NCBI GenBank assembly: GCA_051531975.1
Contig: JAOPTT010000002.1
Span: 57,938-121,937 of the forward strand
Source: Spirochaetaceae bacterium
Lineage (GTDB): Bacteria > Spirochaetota > Spirochaetia > DSM-2461
Direction of reading: 5' to 3'
Length of the DNA stretch: 64,000 nt
The notes beneath the pieces are model-generated. The model worked only from the letters and a program-made list of their open reading frames with translations. It was not told where the DNA came from and searched no databases. This document shows positions 11,096-21,619 of this stretch, piece by piece; the stretch's first letter is position 1; every line of letters starts with the position of its first letter. A program made the position numbers and the translations under genes.

Positions 11096-12284
11096 TTATA
11101 TTTACCAAATTTTCTAAAACTTCATTTATACATAATTCTGACTCTATTTTAATTTTGTCAATTTTATTTAATATAAGATTTTTTTCTTGAGTATAGTTTA
11201 CATTTATCGTATTTATACTATTTTCAAGAAGTTTTAGATCTATATCTGAATCAAACTTTAATAAATATTGCTCCTGATTGAACATCTTAGCAATTTCAAG
11301 ATATTTCTCAGCCCAACCTAAAATCAGGGATGGTGTTGCCACAGAATAAGCTAATACTAAAGAGTGGAATCTAGATGAGATAATATAATCAAATTGAGAT
11401 ACTATCCTTTCCATCTCAAAACAGTTGTATTCTTCGAAAAGACAATGAACCTTATGCGGTGATAAAAGGCTTATTTTGTCACAAAGCTCTTTATCTTGTT
11501 CACTACAATGATTTAAAAGATATACATTTTTACCTAGTTTATTAAGATAGTCTATAATATGAATATATGCCTCAAGAACTGTTTTCTCACCAATTCTTTT
11601 ACACACCTGTAAATTAGGAACGATACATACACTATTATTCATTATCTCATAATTATAGTGTAGTTTTGTATTAAATATTTGATTTTCTAGTTTAATATCC
11701 AATGAAAACCCGGTATCATAACAAACTCTATGATTTGAAAAACCAATACTTTTAAGATAAATGGAACTTTGTTCATCCCTTACAAATACTTTTTCAGCAT
11801 TGTTTAGTGTCTTCTTTATTCTTTTGATAACATCTGCTTTAAATTCAAATGGACCCATTGATTGAGGCATTAAATAATACTTCTTTTTTAACTTAATGAG
11901 TAAATTCTTATTTTCAATAAAATACTCATTTGCAACCATGCTAAATTTTGATGAATATGAAAATCCAGTAACGTCAATAAATAAGTCACACTTATTTAGC
12001 GCATCAAAATATGATGTTATATTTCCTCTAAATCTACGAACTATATTTCTAATTACAGGAATTTTTAATAAACCTAAATATTTATATACAAAAGACTGTA
12101 TTTTTTGTGAAAAATAGATAACTTCAACATCTATATCAGGATATCTCGTTAAGTTACTTTTATTAGATACGAATACATTTATGGTAGAATTGGGATATTT
12201 TTCTTTGATTCTAGATGAAACATTGAAGACCATAGTCTCCGCACCTTTGTTTGTAAATCCTCCACCTATTATTCCTATTTCCAT
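11085..12284 (-). CDS. Polysaccharide pyruvyltransferase (WcaK-like)
   Basis: NKGAE, PQSMGPF, VRDEQS, DTGF, SRFHS. Confidence 0.88.
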   Translation of the reverse strand: MEIGIIGGGFTNKGAETMVFNVSSRIKEKYPNSTINVFVSNKSNLTRYPDIDVEVIYFSQKIQSFVYKYLGLLKIPVIRNIVRRFRGNITSYFDALNKCDLFIDVTGFSYSSKFSMVANEYFIENKNLLIKLKKKYYLMPQSMGPFEFKADVIKRIKKTLNNAEKVFVRDEQSSIYLKSIGFSNHRVCYDTGFSLDIKLENQIFNTKLHYNYEIMNNSVCIVPNLQVCKRIGEKTVLEAYIHIIDYLNKLGKNVYLLNHCSEQDKELCDKISLLSPHKVHCLFEEYNCFEMERIVSQFDYIISSRFHSLVLAYSVATPSLILGWAEKYLEIAKMFNQEQYLLKFDSDIDLKLLENSINTINVNYTQEKNLILNKIDKIKIESELCINEVLENLVNINEA

Positions 12285-12295
12285 TATTAACCTTC

Positions 12296-13633
12296 CTATT
12301 TGATTTGATTTGATTTGATAGATTGTATCTTTTTATAGATATATCTTGGTATAAAAAATATTGATTTCAACATTAAAAAACATATTTCTTTTGTTTTCTT
12401 ATAAAACATGAACAAAATAAAATGAGTAAATCCATATGCTATTAGCGTAGCTATAGCTGCACCAATTCCACCATAATTTGGAATTAGCACAATATTTAAA
12501 ATAATATTTACGATTGCTCCAGCAATACTTCGTATTAAAATAAATCTAGAATGTTTCTCTAAAATTAACCACTTACTTGAAACAATTCCCCAAAATACAA
12601 ATATTCCTGAAAAAATATGTATTGATAGTATTTTGTCTGCACCAGAAAATTCATCTCCATATAATAGCTGAATTATAAATCCAGCTGAGAACATTATGAT
12701 TATAGCTAAAAGACATGATATGCTGAACATTAAATCAAAACAGAATTGTAAATGTTTCATATATAACTTTTTTGATTCTTTTTTTGATTTTATTAGAAGT
12801 GGATATAATGATGCCATAAGAATACTTGGAATAAAATAAATCTGTTCAGATAGACGCACAGATGAAGAATAAATTCCTAAAGTTTCTAAACCTAAAATAT
12901 TCCCCAACATAATTTGATCAATCTTAATATAAATAATTGATGAAAATGCTGAAAAGATTATCCATTTTGACTCTTTTAAAAGGGTTTTTACTAACTTAAA
13001 ATCAAAATCTTTTCTAGAAAATTTTATACTAGAAACTTTTTTGAATAGAAGACTTGAAACTAAAGCAGATATAAACTTAGATAAGACTTCCAAAATTGCA
13101 AAAAAAACCAAAGAGAACTTTGAAACTACTCCAATCACCTTAAAGAAACTATTTGTGATTATTAATGCACCATTTGAGAATACACTGTATTTAGCTAAGA
13201 TCTGAGAACGAAACCATGAACCGGAAACACCTGTTATAGGTGCAAATAATAGAGTAACAGAAACAATTGGTAGAAGCTTTGAGATTCTTTCATCTTTAAA
13301 ATCGTAGAAGAAAGAAAATAAACATATAACTGTAACACATATAACACCAACTATTAGCTTCATTACAATTACTGTGAATAATATTTTATTATGATTTTCA
13401 GGATTATCAATTAACTCTCTTTGTAATAATCCATTTAATCCCAGATGTACTAATGGCGAACAAAAGGATATTATTGAAAGAACGTAACTTAAAGCACCCA
13501 GCCGCTCAGGACCAAGGTACCTGATAGTAATAATACCAACTGTAAAACCTAATACAACCGACAATATTTTTTCGAGCAACAACCAGCCAGAATTAAGAAT
13601 ATATTTTTTATACTTGTATAATACGGTTTTCAT
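12296..13633 (-). CDS. wzx: Wzx flippase (MOP superfamily)
   Basis: About 12 TM segments, RYLGPE, IDQIML, NIVLIPNYGGIGAAIAT. Confidence 0.92.
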   Translation of the reverse strand: MKTVLYKYKKYILNSGWLLLEKILSVVLGFTVGIITIRYLGPERLGALSYVLSIISFCSPLVHLGLNGLLQRELIDNPENHNKILFTVIVMKLIVGVICVTVICLFSFFYDFKDERISKLLPIVSVTLLFAPITGVSGSWFRSQILAKYSVFSNGALIITNSFFKVIGVVSKFSLVFFAILEVLSKFISALVSSLLFKKVSSIKFSRKDFDFKLVKTLLKESKWIIFSAFSSIIYIKIDQIMLGNILGLETLGIYSSSVRLSEQIYFIPSILMASLYPLLIKSKKESKKLYMKHLQFCFDLMFSISCLLAIIIMFSAGFIIQLLYGDEFSGADKILSIHIFSGIFVFWGIVSSKWLILEKHSRFILIRSIAGAIVNIILNIVLIPNYGGIGAAIATLIAYGFTHFILFMFYKKTKEICFLMLKSIFFIPRYIYKKIQSIKSNQIK

Positions 13634-13710
13634 TTATTAGCCTAATTTTCCCTTTTTTCATTATACCACTTATTAATTCTATAATTATATTATGAGTAGT
13701 TTATTTGAAG

Positions 13711-14847
13711 TTATTTAATATTATAGTTTTGACATACATTCTTTAGCACACCAATAACATGGTCTTGCTGTTCTAAACTCATCTCAGGCCAAAGAGGTAA
13801 ACTTAAACAGTTTTTTGAATTAAGTTCTGAATTGGGGAAATCTCCAATTTTGTAATTTTTATACTCATAAGCAGGTTGTAAATGGAGAGGTACAGGATAA
13901 TGTATACCAGAAGATATTCCTTTATCTCTTAATTTTTCTTTAATTAAATCTCTAAACTCAGAATGTATAACATATAAGTGAAAAACGTGACTCTTCTGAT
14001 CACCTTCCTTTGGGAGTGTTATTTTATTTAAAACAGATAACTGTTCACTATATCTTAAAGCTAACTGAACTTTTTTATCAGTAGATTCTCTTAAAAACCT
14101 AAGCTTTATCCTTAAAATTGCCGCTTGAATTGTATCAATTCTGAGGTTTGCACCTTCAAATGCATGCTCATATTTTTGTCCAGGAAATCTACCATGATTA
14201 ACATAAGCATGAGCAATTTTGTAAATTTCTTCATTATTTGTAACTAAAGCACCTGCATCTCCAAATGCTCCAAGATTTTTCCCTGGATAAAATGAAAAAG
14301 TCGCAATATCACCCCAACAACCAGGTCCTTTACTCTCTAATATGGCACCATGAGCCTGAGCTGAATCCTCAATAACTCTAATATCATGTTTATTTGCAAT
14401 CTTCATGATATCTGTCATATTAGCCATTTTCCCATATAAATGAACTGGAATTATCGCTTTCACATTTGTGTCTTTATTTTTATTTAGATATTCTTCTAAC
14501 TTAATTGGATCCATGGTCCACGTATCATCATCCACATCAATAAAATCCACAGTAGCACCAACAAATGTAACAGCTTCAGAAGTTGCTATAAATGTATTTG
14601 CAGGTACTAAAACAGTATCGCCATGACCAATATTGAGCACTTTTAATGCTAATACAATTGCATCAGTACCATTTGAACAACCAACAGCGTGATTAACATC
14701 ACAATAGTCTGCAAACTCATCCTCGAATAAAGAAACTTCCTCTCCACCAATAAAACTTGTGTTCTTAATTAGATTCTCTATTTTTGCCATTACTTCATCA
14801 TAAATGGGTGATATACTTTCTTTTAAGTTCATAAAAGGAACATTCAT
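13711..14847 (-). CDS. wbpE: DegT/DnrJ PLP aminotransferase (WbpE-like)
   Basis: NGTDA, EDSAQAHGA, SFYPGKNLGAFGDAG; adjacent to wbpB/wbpD-like genes. Confidence 0.75.
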   Translation of the reverse strand: MNVPFMNLKESISPIYDEVMAKIENLIKNTSFIGGEEVSLFEDEFADYCDVNHAVGCSNGTDAIVLALKVLNIGHGDTVLVPANTFIATSEAVTFVGATVDFIDVDDDTWTMDPIKLEEYLNKNKDTNVKAIIPVHLYGKMANMTDIMKIANKHDIRVIEDSAQAHGAILESKGPGCWGDIATFSFYPGKNLGAFGDAGALVTNNEEIYKIAHAYVNHGRFPGQKYEHAFEGANLRIDTIQAAILRIKLRFLRESTDKKVQLALRYSEQLSVLNKITLPKEGDQKSHVFHLYVIHSEFRDLIKEKLRDKGISSGIHYPVPLHLQPAYEYKNYKIGDFPNSELNSKNCLSLPLWPEMSLEQQDHVIGVLKNVCQNYNIK

Positions 14848-15461
14848 TATTTGTACTCCTCAATATTTTCTACCATTGATATTTTTTTTCCTGGATTACC
14901 AATAATAACTGTATTTTCTTCTACATCTTTAGTTACAACACTTCCTGATCCAATCAAAGCATTAGCACCAATAATTTTCCCTGGTAAGACAGTTACATTT
15001 GCTCCGATTTTAGCATCTTTACAAACTTTTACTCCATCTAATAACTTCTTTACATTATTACCCTTTGGATAACGTGCATTAGTGAGTACAACATTGGGTC
15101 CAATCCAAGAATTTTGTTCCAGCTTTGTAAATTCTGGGATGAATACTTGAGAGTGGATTCTAACACCATCAGCAATTGATATTTGATGTTCAATACAACT
15201 ACCAGTCCCAATACTAACCTTATTTCCTATAATATTATTTTCCCTAATTACAACATGATGTCCTGTATTAAATGAATTTCCGATTTTATTTCCACTATAA
15301 ATAATAGTATGACTTCTAATAATAGAATCATGTCCAATTACAGTTTCTAGTTCTCCCAATTTAGACCCCATAGGGGGTTCACCAATTATGCAAAATGGAC
15401 CGATTTCAACATTATTTCCAATTACTACATTTGGATAAATTATCGCCGACGGATGAATCAT
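14847..15461 (-). CDS. wbpD: Hexapeptide N-acetyltransferase (WbpD-like)
   Basis: IGPNVVLTNARYP, IGANVTVLPG, GSVVTKDV. Confidence 0.75.
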   Translation of the reverse strand: MIHPSAIIYPNVVIGNNVEIGPFCIIGEPPMGSKLGELETVIGHDSIIRSHTIIYSGNKIGNSFNTGHHVVIRENNIIGNKVSIGTGSCIEHQISIADGVRIHSQVFIPEFTKLEQNSWIGPNVVLTNARYPKGNNVKKLLDGVKVCKDAKIGANVTVLPGKIIGANALIGSGSVVTKDVEENTVIIGNPGKKISMVENIEEYK

Positions 15462-16519
15462 TGTTTTTGACCTAATCGACTTTGCCGTGGTTGAAAATGT
15501 AAGAAAACTTCTTTCCCGGTCTCAGCAGATTCATATATTGCATTAATTAATTCAATAGATTTACGACCCTCGAGACCATCAACAAGAGCTTGTTTATTAT
15601 TTTTAATACAATCAATTACATGTTCTATATATCTTTGATGTCCAAAACCATATACATTTGGAGGCATTTCAGCAAACTCATTTAAGACGGATTCGTTTTC
15701 ACCTTCTTTAGAGTCTATAAAATTCCATGTCTTCATCTGATTAACGGCAAATCCACCAATAACTACACTTCCAGCCTCACCAAGAATGGATAATGAGCCT
15801 TCTAAATCTTTTGGTCTAGTCGCAGTTGTTGCTTCAACTACACCAAAAGCACCATTTTTAAATTGAATGATTGCAACTCCAGTATCCTCAACTTCTATAT
15901 CTGCAAGAAATGTATTTGTTTTAGCCATTACTGAGACAGGCTCACCCATCATCCATTCAAGTAAATCGATATGATGGGAGGCTTGATTTGTTAAAGCACC
16001 ACCATCTAATTCCCAGGTTCCTCTCCAATCATCTTGGTCATAATATGCCTGAGGTCTACACCATCTTACACGAACAGTCCCCATAACCATTTTACCAAAT
16101 CGATCTTCTTCAATAGCTTCTCTTAACTTCATTACAGGTAGATTGTACCGGTTTTGCTTAACAACAAATAATCTAACACCATTTTCGTCACAAGCCCTAA
16201 TCATAGCATCCGTATCTTCAAGTTTAAGTGCCATTGGTTTTTCTACAATAATATTCTTCTTATATTTTTTTGCGATATCAATCGTATGTTGAGCATGTAA
16301 ACCACTTGGAGTTAATATATTAACAACATCTACATCTTCATTTTTAAGCATCTCATCATAAGATGTATAGTATTTTACCCCACTAGCATATTCTGATTGT
16401 TTTTTTGCTTTATCTTCATCTAAATCACACATTGCAACTAATTCTGCACCTTTTATAGATTTTATTGCATCAATATGTTTTTTCGAAATTCTTCCACAGC
16501 CAACTATTGCAAAGTTCAT
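15458..16519 (-). CDS. wbpB: Gfo/Idh/MocA oxidoreductase, UDP-GlcNAcA 3-dehydrogenase (WbpB/WlbA-like)
   Basis: GCGRI, TPSGLH, EKPMA, VVKQNRYN, WRGTW..DGG..NQASH, NVYGFGH. Confidence 0.85.
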   Translation of the reverse strand: MNFAIVGCGRISKKHIDAIKSIKGAELVAMCDLDEDKAKKQSEYASGVKYYTSYDEMLKNEDVDVVNILTPSGLHAQHTIDIAKKYKKNIIVEKPMALKLEDTDAMIRACDENGVRLFVVKQNRYNLPVMKLREAIEEDRFGKMVMGTVRVRWCRPQAYYDQDDWRGTWELDGGALTNQASHHIDLLEWMMGEPVSVMAKTNTFLADIEVEDTGVAIIQFKNGAFGVVEATTATRPKDLEGSLSILGEAGSVVIGGFAVNQMKTWNFIDSKEGENESVLNEFAEMPPNVYGFGHQRYIEHVIDCIKNNKQALVDGLEGRKSIELINAIYESAETGKEVFLHFQPRQSRLGQKQ

Positions 16520-16549
16520 ATATTAATCTCCTAATTATTTAATTATTAC

Positions 16550-18121
16550 TTATTTCTTATTTCTTACCCAAATTTCAGTTTGAAATCCATCCGGATTTTT
16601 TGGAGCAAGCCCTTTGTTATGTCTATAAAATTTGTTATAAACAGAACCTGCTAATATAAATTCATCTTTAAGAATAATATCCCAATATCTATACCACTCT
16701 TTACCTATCCCAAACTCATCTTCACCTTTCATTCTTAATCGACTTCTTTCGCCAACTAAAACATAATTTACATTATTATCTTTTAATAAACAAGAAAACT
16801 CTTCATCGGATTTTATATCTATAAAAGAAATAGTTTCCATATAGAATTTGTCATTACCTTCTAATGCCCATGAAAAATCAAAAGATGTAAAAACTTTTCC
16901 TTCTTTTTCTGAAAAATATCCCTTAATGTCTTTTGAATATTGATTATACACCACCCATTGACCTTTATTATTATTTATATATATAGAAGTATTAGCTGTT
17001 ATAATTAAACAATACAGCACAACATATATTGATGGTAACAAGACATACCATTTTTTATTATAATCTTCTCTCAATTCACCTAAAATAAAAAGTAAAATAA
17101 AGTATAATAAAGGAATTAAAAAGTATAAAAATCTAATTCCTCCACCTCTAAATATAATGACTAGAATATAAACTATAACCCATAATCCCACATACAATAA
17201 ATTAGAAATAAATTGCTGTTTTTTTGATTTACAAATAAGCACAAGAAATAAAAAGAATACTAAAATAGAAACACTTCCAATCATAAGATTATATTTTGAA
17301 AATTTAAATATTTCAGAAAGAAGATTTATAAATGATGCTAAATATAGTTTAATAGTATTTCCAGAAGCTAAACTACTAGTCTGAAGACCATCATTTTGAA
17401 ACAATGAAATCGTTTCGTCCTTGTAAAATAACAATGGTAAAATAAAGAAAATAAAAACAGAAAGAAATGATATAAACAAAACTTTGATATAATCTATTCT
17501 TAATATTTTTTTATTAATTAAAAGTAACGTAATTATAACATAAAATGCAGCGACTGCTGCTAATCCATTCCAATATATACCTACAGAAAAACCCCCAAGA
17601 ATAGATATAATATATAAATATTTAATCTTATGTTTTTCTAAATAATCAAATAATAGTAGAATAGATATAACTATTGTAGTTTCAAAAATCCAATCAGGGC
17701 GGAGAATATGAGATTGCTTTGTGACCACAGTGTCAAATAGAATTAAAATTAAATAAATAAATAGCCAAAAAATAGAAATATTTCTTTTAAAAAGAAAAGA
17801 ACCTACACAAACAATTAATAATAAACCAAAAACAAGATTTAAAAAACGTAAACTAAAAATATTTTTACCAAGAATATTGATGTTTGCTCTTTGCATCACT
17901 CTAAATACAACAGGAAATGCACTTTGATGGAGATCATACTCAGTTATATGCCTTATATCATTTGTTTCTGTATCATTAAACTTTACAGAATAATCGGTAT
18001 ACCACATTTCGTCTCTACTAATCACAAATGAATCATTTTGAATAATCCAGATAGTTGTAAAAAATATAATCAGACAGGTTATGGTTATTATTTTTTTTAA
18101 TTGACTTTTTTGTATGTTCAT
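16550..18121 (-). CDS. GT-C polyprenyl-phosphate-sugar transferase (ArnT/PMT-like)
   Basis: RDE..Y after TM1, ILG...SLRF, RPD motif, about 11 TM segments and a soluble C-terminal domain. Confidence 0.7.
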   Translation of the reverse strand: MNIQKSQLKKIITITCLIIFFTTIWIIQNDSFVISRDEMWYTDYSVKFNDTETNDIRHITEYDLHQSAFPVVFRVMQRANINILGKNIFSLRFLNLVFGLLLIVCVGSFLFKRNISIFWLFIYLILILFDTVVTKQSHILRPDWIFETTIVISILLLFDYLEKHKIKYLYIISILGGFSVGIYWNGLAAVAAFYVIITLLLINKKILRIDYIKVLFISFLSVFIFFILPLLFYKDETISLFQNDGLQTSSLASGNTIKLYLASFINLLSEIFKFSKYNLMIGSVSILVFFLFLVLICKSKKQQFISNLLYVGLWVIVYILVIIFRGGGIRFLYFLIPLLYFILLFILGELREDYNKKWYVLLPSIYVVLYCLIITANTSIYINNNKGQWVVYNQYSKDIKGYFSEKEGKVFTSFDFSWALEGNDKFYMETISFIDIKSDEEFSCLLKDNNVNYVLVGERSRLRMKGEDEFGIGKEWYRYWDIILKDEFILAGSVYNKFYRHNKGLAPKNPDGFQTEIWVRNKK

Positions 18122-18177
18122 ATTGGATATATTTCCCCTTTTTACTCTTTAATATATCTATTATTCTTTTGATATAT

Positions 18178-18537
18178 TCAACTTCCAAAACTGTACAAAA
18201 GAATTCCGGCAACTGTTATACTCATACCAACAACACGATTTATGGAAATTTGCTCTTTAAAAAATATTTTACCTGATATGAAAACTAAAACATAAGTACT
18301 CGAAACAATAATATTCGCAATACTAAGTGGTAATATTGAAAAAACTTGTACATTTAATATCGTCACAGATCCATACAAGATGTATGCACTAATAACAAAA
18401 GGATTCAAATATTGATGAAAAATATTTCTATCACTATTATGTAAAGCACCAATCTTTAGTAATAATTGGCTAATTGTGAGAAAAAGTGGTAGTAATATTA
18501 TTATTACAATAAAATCAATTCTCATTTTTACTTCCAA
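18178..18537 (-). CDS. Small DMT/EamA (ArnE/ArnF-like) membrane protein
   Basis: 4 TM, SQLLLK, PLSIA, FFKEQI...G. Confidence 0.8.
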   Translation of the reverse strand: MEVKMRIDFIVIIILLPLFLTISQLLLKIGALHNSDRNIFHQYLNPFVISAYILYGSVTILNVQVFSILPLSIANIIVSSTYVLVFISGKIFFKEQISINRVVGMSITVAGILLYSFGS

Positions 18538-18916
18538 TATTCATAACAATAGTACCTACTAATATTAAAAAAGTTCCTACAACCTGTAGAAAAGTTACAT
18601 TTTCTTTAAAAACTAAAAATGATAATAGTAATATCACAACAAATACAAGACTCATCATAGGATAAGCAATTGATAGTGGAATTCTTTTTAAAGCCTGTTG
18701 CCATACAATAGCTTGTATCCCTAGTGTAACTATAGATCCAACAAAAAATACATTAATATAACGATATATTCCATGTCCATATAAAGCAGCTGATTTACCC
18801 AAAAATAGACTTGCAGATTGTGAAAGCACAGCAATTAAAACAAAAACATAGTCTAATTTCCTTATCATTATTTTGTCATCAACATTCTTTTTAACTCTAG
18901 ATATTTTGTTAAACAT
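18515..18916 (-). CDS. Small DMT/EamA (ArnE/ArnF-like) membrane protein
   Basis: WQQALKRIPLSIAYPMMSL, FKENV (ArnE-like signature). The true start may be slightly downstream. Confidence 0.8.
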   Translation of the reverse strand: MFNKISRVKKNVDDKIMIRKLDYVFVLIAVLSQSASLFLGKSAALYGHGIYRYINVFFVGSIVTLGIQAIVWQQALKRIPLSIAYPMMSLVFVVILLLSFLVFKENVTFLQVVGTFLILVGTIVMNIGSKNEN

Positions 18917-18963
18917 TACAAATCCTTTTTAAGATAACTGTATAAATTTTAATTATTATAGTT

Positions 18964-19506
18964 TTATCTAATTGAAATATTTCTTGACTTTATTATTTTA
19001 GCAGGAATACCAGCTACTATACTGTAAGGAGGGAAATCTTTAGTTACAACACTATTTGCAGAAATGACACAACCTTCTCCAATAGTAATTCCTTGCAGAA
19101 TTATTGAATTAGCACAAATCCAAACATCTTTTTCGATTATGATATTACCTGCGGTATCAGGTATATCTAAATATTTGTAGTCATGTCCAGCACCATAGAA
19201 TTTTACATTAGGAGAAATTACTACATTATCCTTTATTATAATATTACAATTAATATTTAAAGAGGTATAAAGTTCAGTACCTCTATTAATTGATACATTA
19301 TCTCCAATACTAATTTTTTTCATGTAACGAAAATATGTTTTGTAGTCAATTTGTGTGTTTTTTCCTACATGTGAAAAGCAGCTTTTAAAAAATAGAAGTC
19401 GAATAAAATGAGGTAGTAAATCCAGTAATCCAAAAAAAATATTATGGAAATATGAAAATAAAAGAAAAATATCTTTGGGGAATTTTCTTATTAAAAATTT
19501 TAACAT
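18964..19506 (-). CDS. Hexapeptide acyltransferase
   Basis: IGDNVSINRG, AGHDY, VVTKD.PPYSIVAGIPAK. Confidence 0.88.
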   Translation of the reverse strand: MLKFLIRKFPKDIFLLFSYFHNIFFGLLDLLPHFIRLLFFKSCFSHVGKNTQIDYKTYFRYMKKISIGDNVSINRGTELYTSLNINCNIIIKDNVVISPNVKFYGAGHDYKYLDIPDTAGNIIIEKDVWICANSIILQGITIGEGCVISANSVVTKDFPPYSIVAGIPAKIIKSRNISIR

Positions 19507-19508
19507 GC

Positions 19509-20438
19509 TTAATTCCTTTTACTCGTATCTTCACTTATGATAAATATAGGTCTATTTTTCGTCTGCTCAAATATTTTTGATATATAAAGTCCAACAACTC
19601 CAAGTATTAAAATAGTAAGACCACCTAAAAACCACATTGATATAACCATTGTAGCCCATCCTTGAACTAAAAACAGGCCTTTTAATGCTCCAATAAAATA
19701 AAACAGTCCAATAATTACAGCCACTACAGACAAAAAAAGACCAATGTTTACAGTTATTTTTAATGGCTTATTTGAAAAAGAAATCATACTATTTAATGCC
19801 AAAGATACTGACTTTCTGAAGGTGTAAGTTGTTTCACCTATTTCACGCATTGAATGTTCTACATCTACTTTTGCAGTCTTGAATCCAACCCAGTTTACAA
19901 ATAATTGAAATGATCGAGACATATCTCCCATTGAAAGTACTGCTTCAATGACTTTTTTGTTATAACATCCAAAATTTGCAATAGTTGAATCGTATTTCTG
20001 CCCGGTTAATTTACTCATCGTATAATAAAATAATCTTGAAGACATTTTCTTTATTATATTATCTTTTCTATCAACACGTCTTGCTAAAACAACATCAAAA
20101 CCTTCGTTTGATTTTGCTATCAATTTAGGAATTTCCTCAGGTCTATCCTGTAAGTCTCCATCCATTACGACAACTTTATCACCTTTAATAACAGACAAAC
20201 CAGCTGTAATTGCGGCATGTTGACCAAAATTTCTAGAAAGATTCAAACCTCTAACATTTACAAAATCATTAGTTAGCTTTTGTATGATTTCCCAAGAGTT
20301 TTCTGGGCAACAGTCGTTAACAAGAATCAACTCCCAAGAGATATTTTTATCAGTTAAAGATTCATCTAATCTCTCCCGTAAAATTTCTATGGTTCCAGCA
20401 CATTTATAAACGGGAACAACTATTGATAGATCATACAT
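19509..20438 (-). CDS. Polyprenyl-phosphate glycosyltransferase (ArnC/GtrB-like GT2)
   Basis: LSRNFGQHAA, MDGDLQD.PE, two C-terminal TM helices, KNRPIF. Confidence 0.9.
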   Translation of the reverse strand: MYDLSIVVPVYKCAGTIEILRERLDESLTDKNISWELILVNDCCPENSWEIIQKLTNDFVNVRGLNLSRNFGQHAAITAGLSVIKGDKVVVMDGDLQDRPEEIPKLIAKSNEGFDVVLARRVDRKDNIIKKMSSRLFYYTMSKLTGQKYDSTIANFGCYNKKVIEAVLSMGDMSRSFQLFVNWVGFKTAKVDVEHSMREIGETTYTFRKSVSLALNSMISFSNKPLKITVNIGLFLSVVAVIIGLFYFIGALKGLFLVQGWATMVISMWFLGGLTILILGVVGLYISKIFEQTKNRPIFIISEDTSKRN

Positions 20439-20485
20439 ACCGATTTCCTTCTTTAATTAATGTTATTTTAGTGTTAAATATGTAA

Positions 20486-21619
20486 TTAAAATGAGCTTAA
20501 AACATCTTTTATTTCTTCAATTAAACCTTCAAGTCCATTTTCAAAAAGTTCATAGTAAAGAGGTAGCCTAACCAATGTGTCAGTATATCTATCTGATTCT
20601 ATCAACTTCCTTCCATCATGTTTTGAATTATAATATTCACTGCTATGTAGAGAAATATAATGAAACACTGTTGATATATTTCTTTCTTTTAATCTTGAAA
20701 TAAATTCTGTTCTCTGGTTATTACTATTAAATGTTAAATAAAACATATGTGCATTATTAGTACTAAAATCCGGTATAATTGGTAATTCAATAACACCTTT
20801 ACCATCAAAGACCTTTAAAGATTCATAATACTTATTCCAAATATTTATACGTGTTTGTTGTATATTTTCTATTTCTTCTAGTTGAGCAAATAGAAAAGCT
20901 GCTACTATTTCAGATGGTAAAAATGATGAACCAGTATCAACCCAACCATATTTATTTATTTCTCCACGGAAAAACTCTGCACGATTGGTTCCTTTCTCCC
21001 AAAGAATTTCAGCTCGTTTAATAAAACGATCATCATTAATGATAAGAAGACCACCCTCACCACACTGAATATTTTTAGTTTCATGAAACGAAAATGTTCC
21101 TAAATGTCCGATACCACCAAGAGATTTATTTTTATATTTACCATCTATAGCTTGAGCTGCATCCTCAATAACAAAAATTTCATTTCTGTTAGCAATTTCC
21201 ATTATTTTGTCCATATCACAAGCTATACCAGCATAATGAACTATTACTATAGCTTTAGTTTTCTCTGTAATAAGTTCCTCAATAGTTTCTTCATCAATAC
21301 CTGGTCTATCTTTTCTACTATCAGCAAATTTAATAATAGCTCCTTCTCTTACAAAAGCTAAAGCTGTAGAAACAAATGTATATGAGGGAATAATCACTTC
21401 ATCCCCCGGTTTTATATCTAAAAGCAATGCACACATTTCGAGAGCGTCAGTACACGATGTTGTTAACAATGTTTTGTTAAAACTATATCTATCTTTAAAG
21501 AATTCTTGACACTTATTTGTATACTTTCCATTTCCAGAAATATGACCAGTAAGAACACTTTGTTCTATATTATATAATTCTTTTCCTGCCAAGTAAGGCT
21601 TATTAAATGGTATAAACAT
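20486..21619 (-). CDS. wecE: dTDP-4-amino-4,6-dideoxygalactose transaminase
   Basis: IPFNKP, SCTDALE, SFHETKN, EKGTNR..F.RG...KY.W, FHYISLH. Confidence 0.9.
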   Translation of the reverse strand: MFIPFNKPYLAGKELYNIEQSVLTGHISGNGKYTNKCQEFFKDRYSFNKTLLTTSCTDALEMCALLLDIKPGDEVIIPSYTFVSTALAFVREGAIIKFADSRKDRPGIDEETIEELITEKTKAIVIVHYAGIACDMDKIMEIANRNEIFVIEDAAQAIDGKYKNKSLGGIGHLGTFSFHETKNIQCGEGGLLIINDDRFIKRAEILWEKGTNRAEFFRGEINKYGWVDTGSSFLPSEIVAAFLFAQLEEIENIQQTRINIWNKYYESLKVFDGKGVIELPIIPDFSTNNAHMFYLTFNSNNQRTEFISRLKERNISTVFHYISLHSSEYYNSKHDGRKLIESDRYTDTLVRLPLYYELFENGLEGLIEEIKDVLSSF

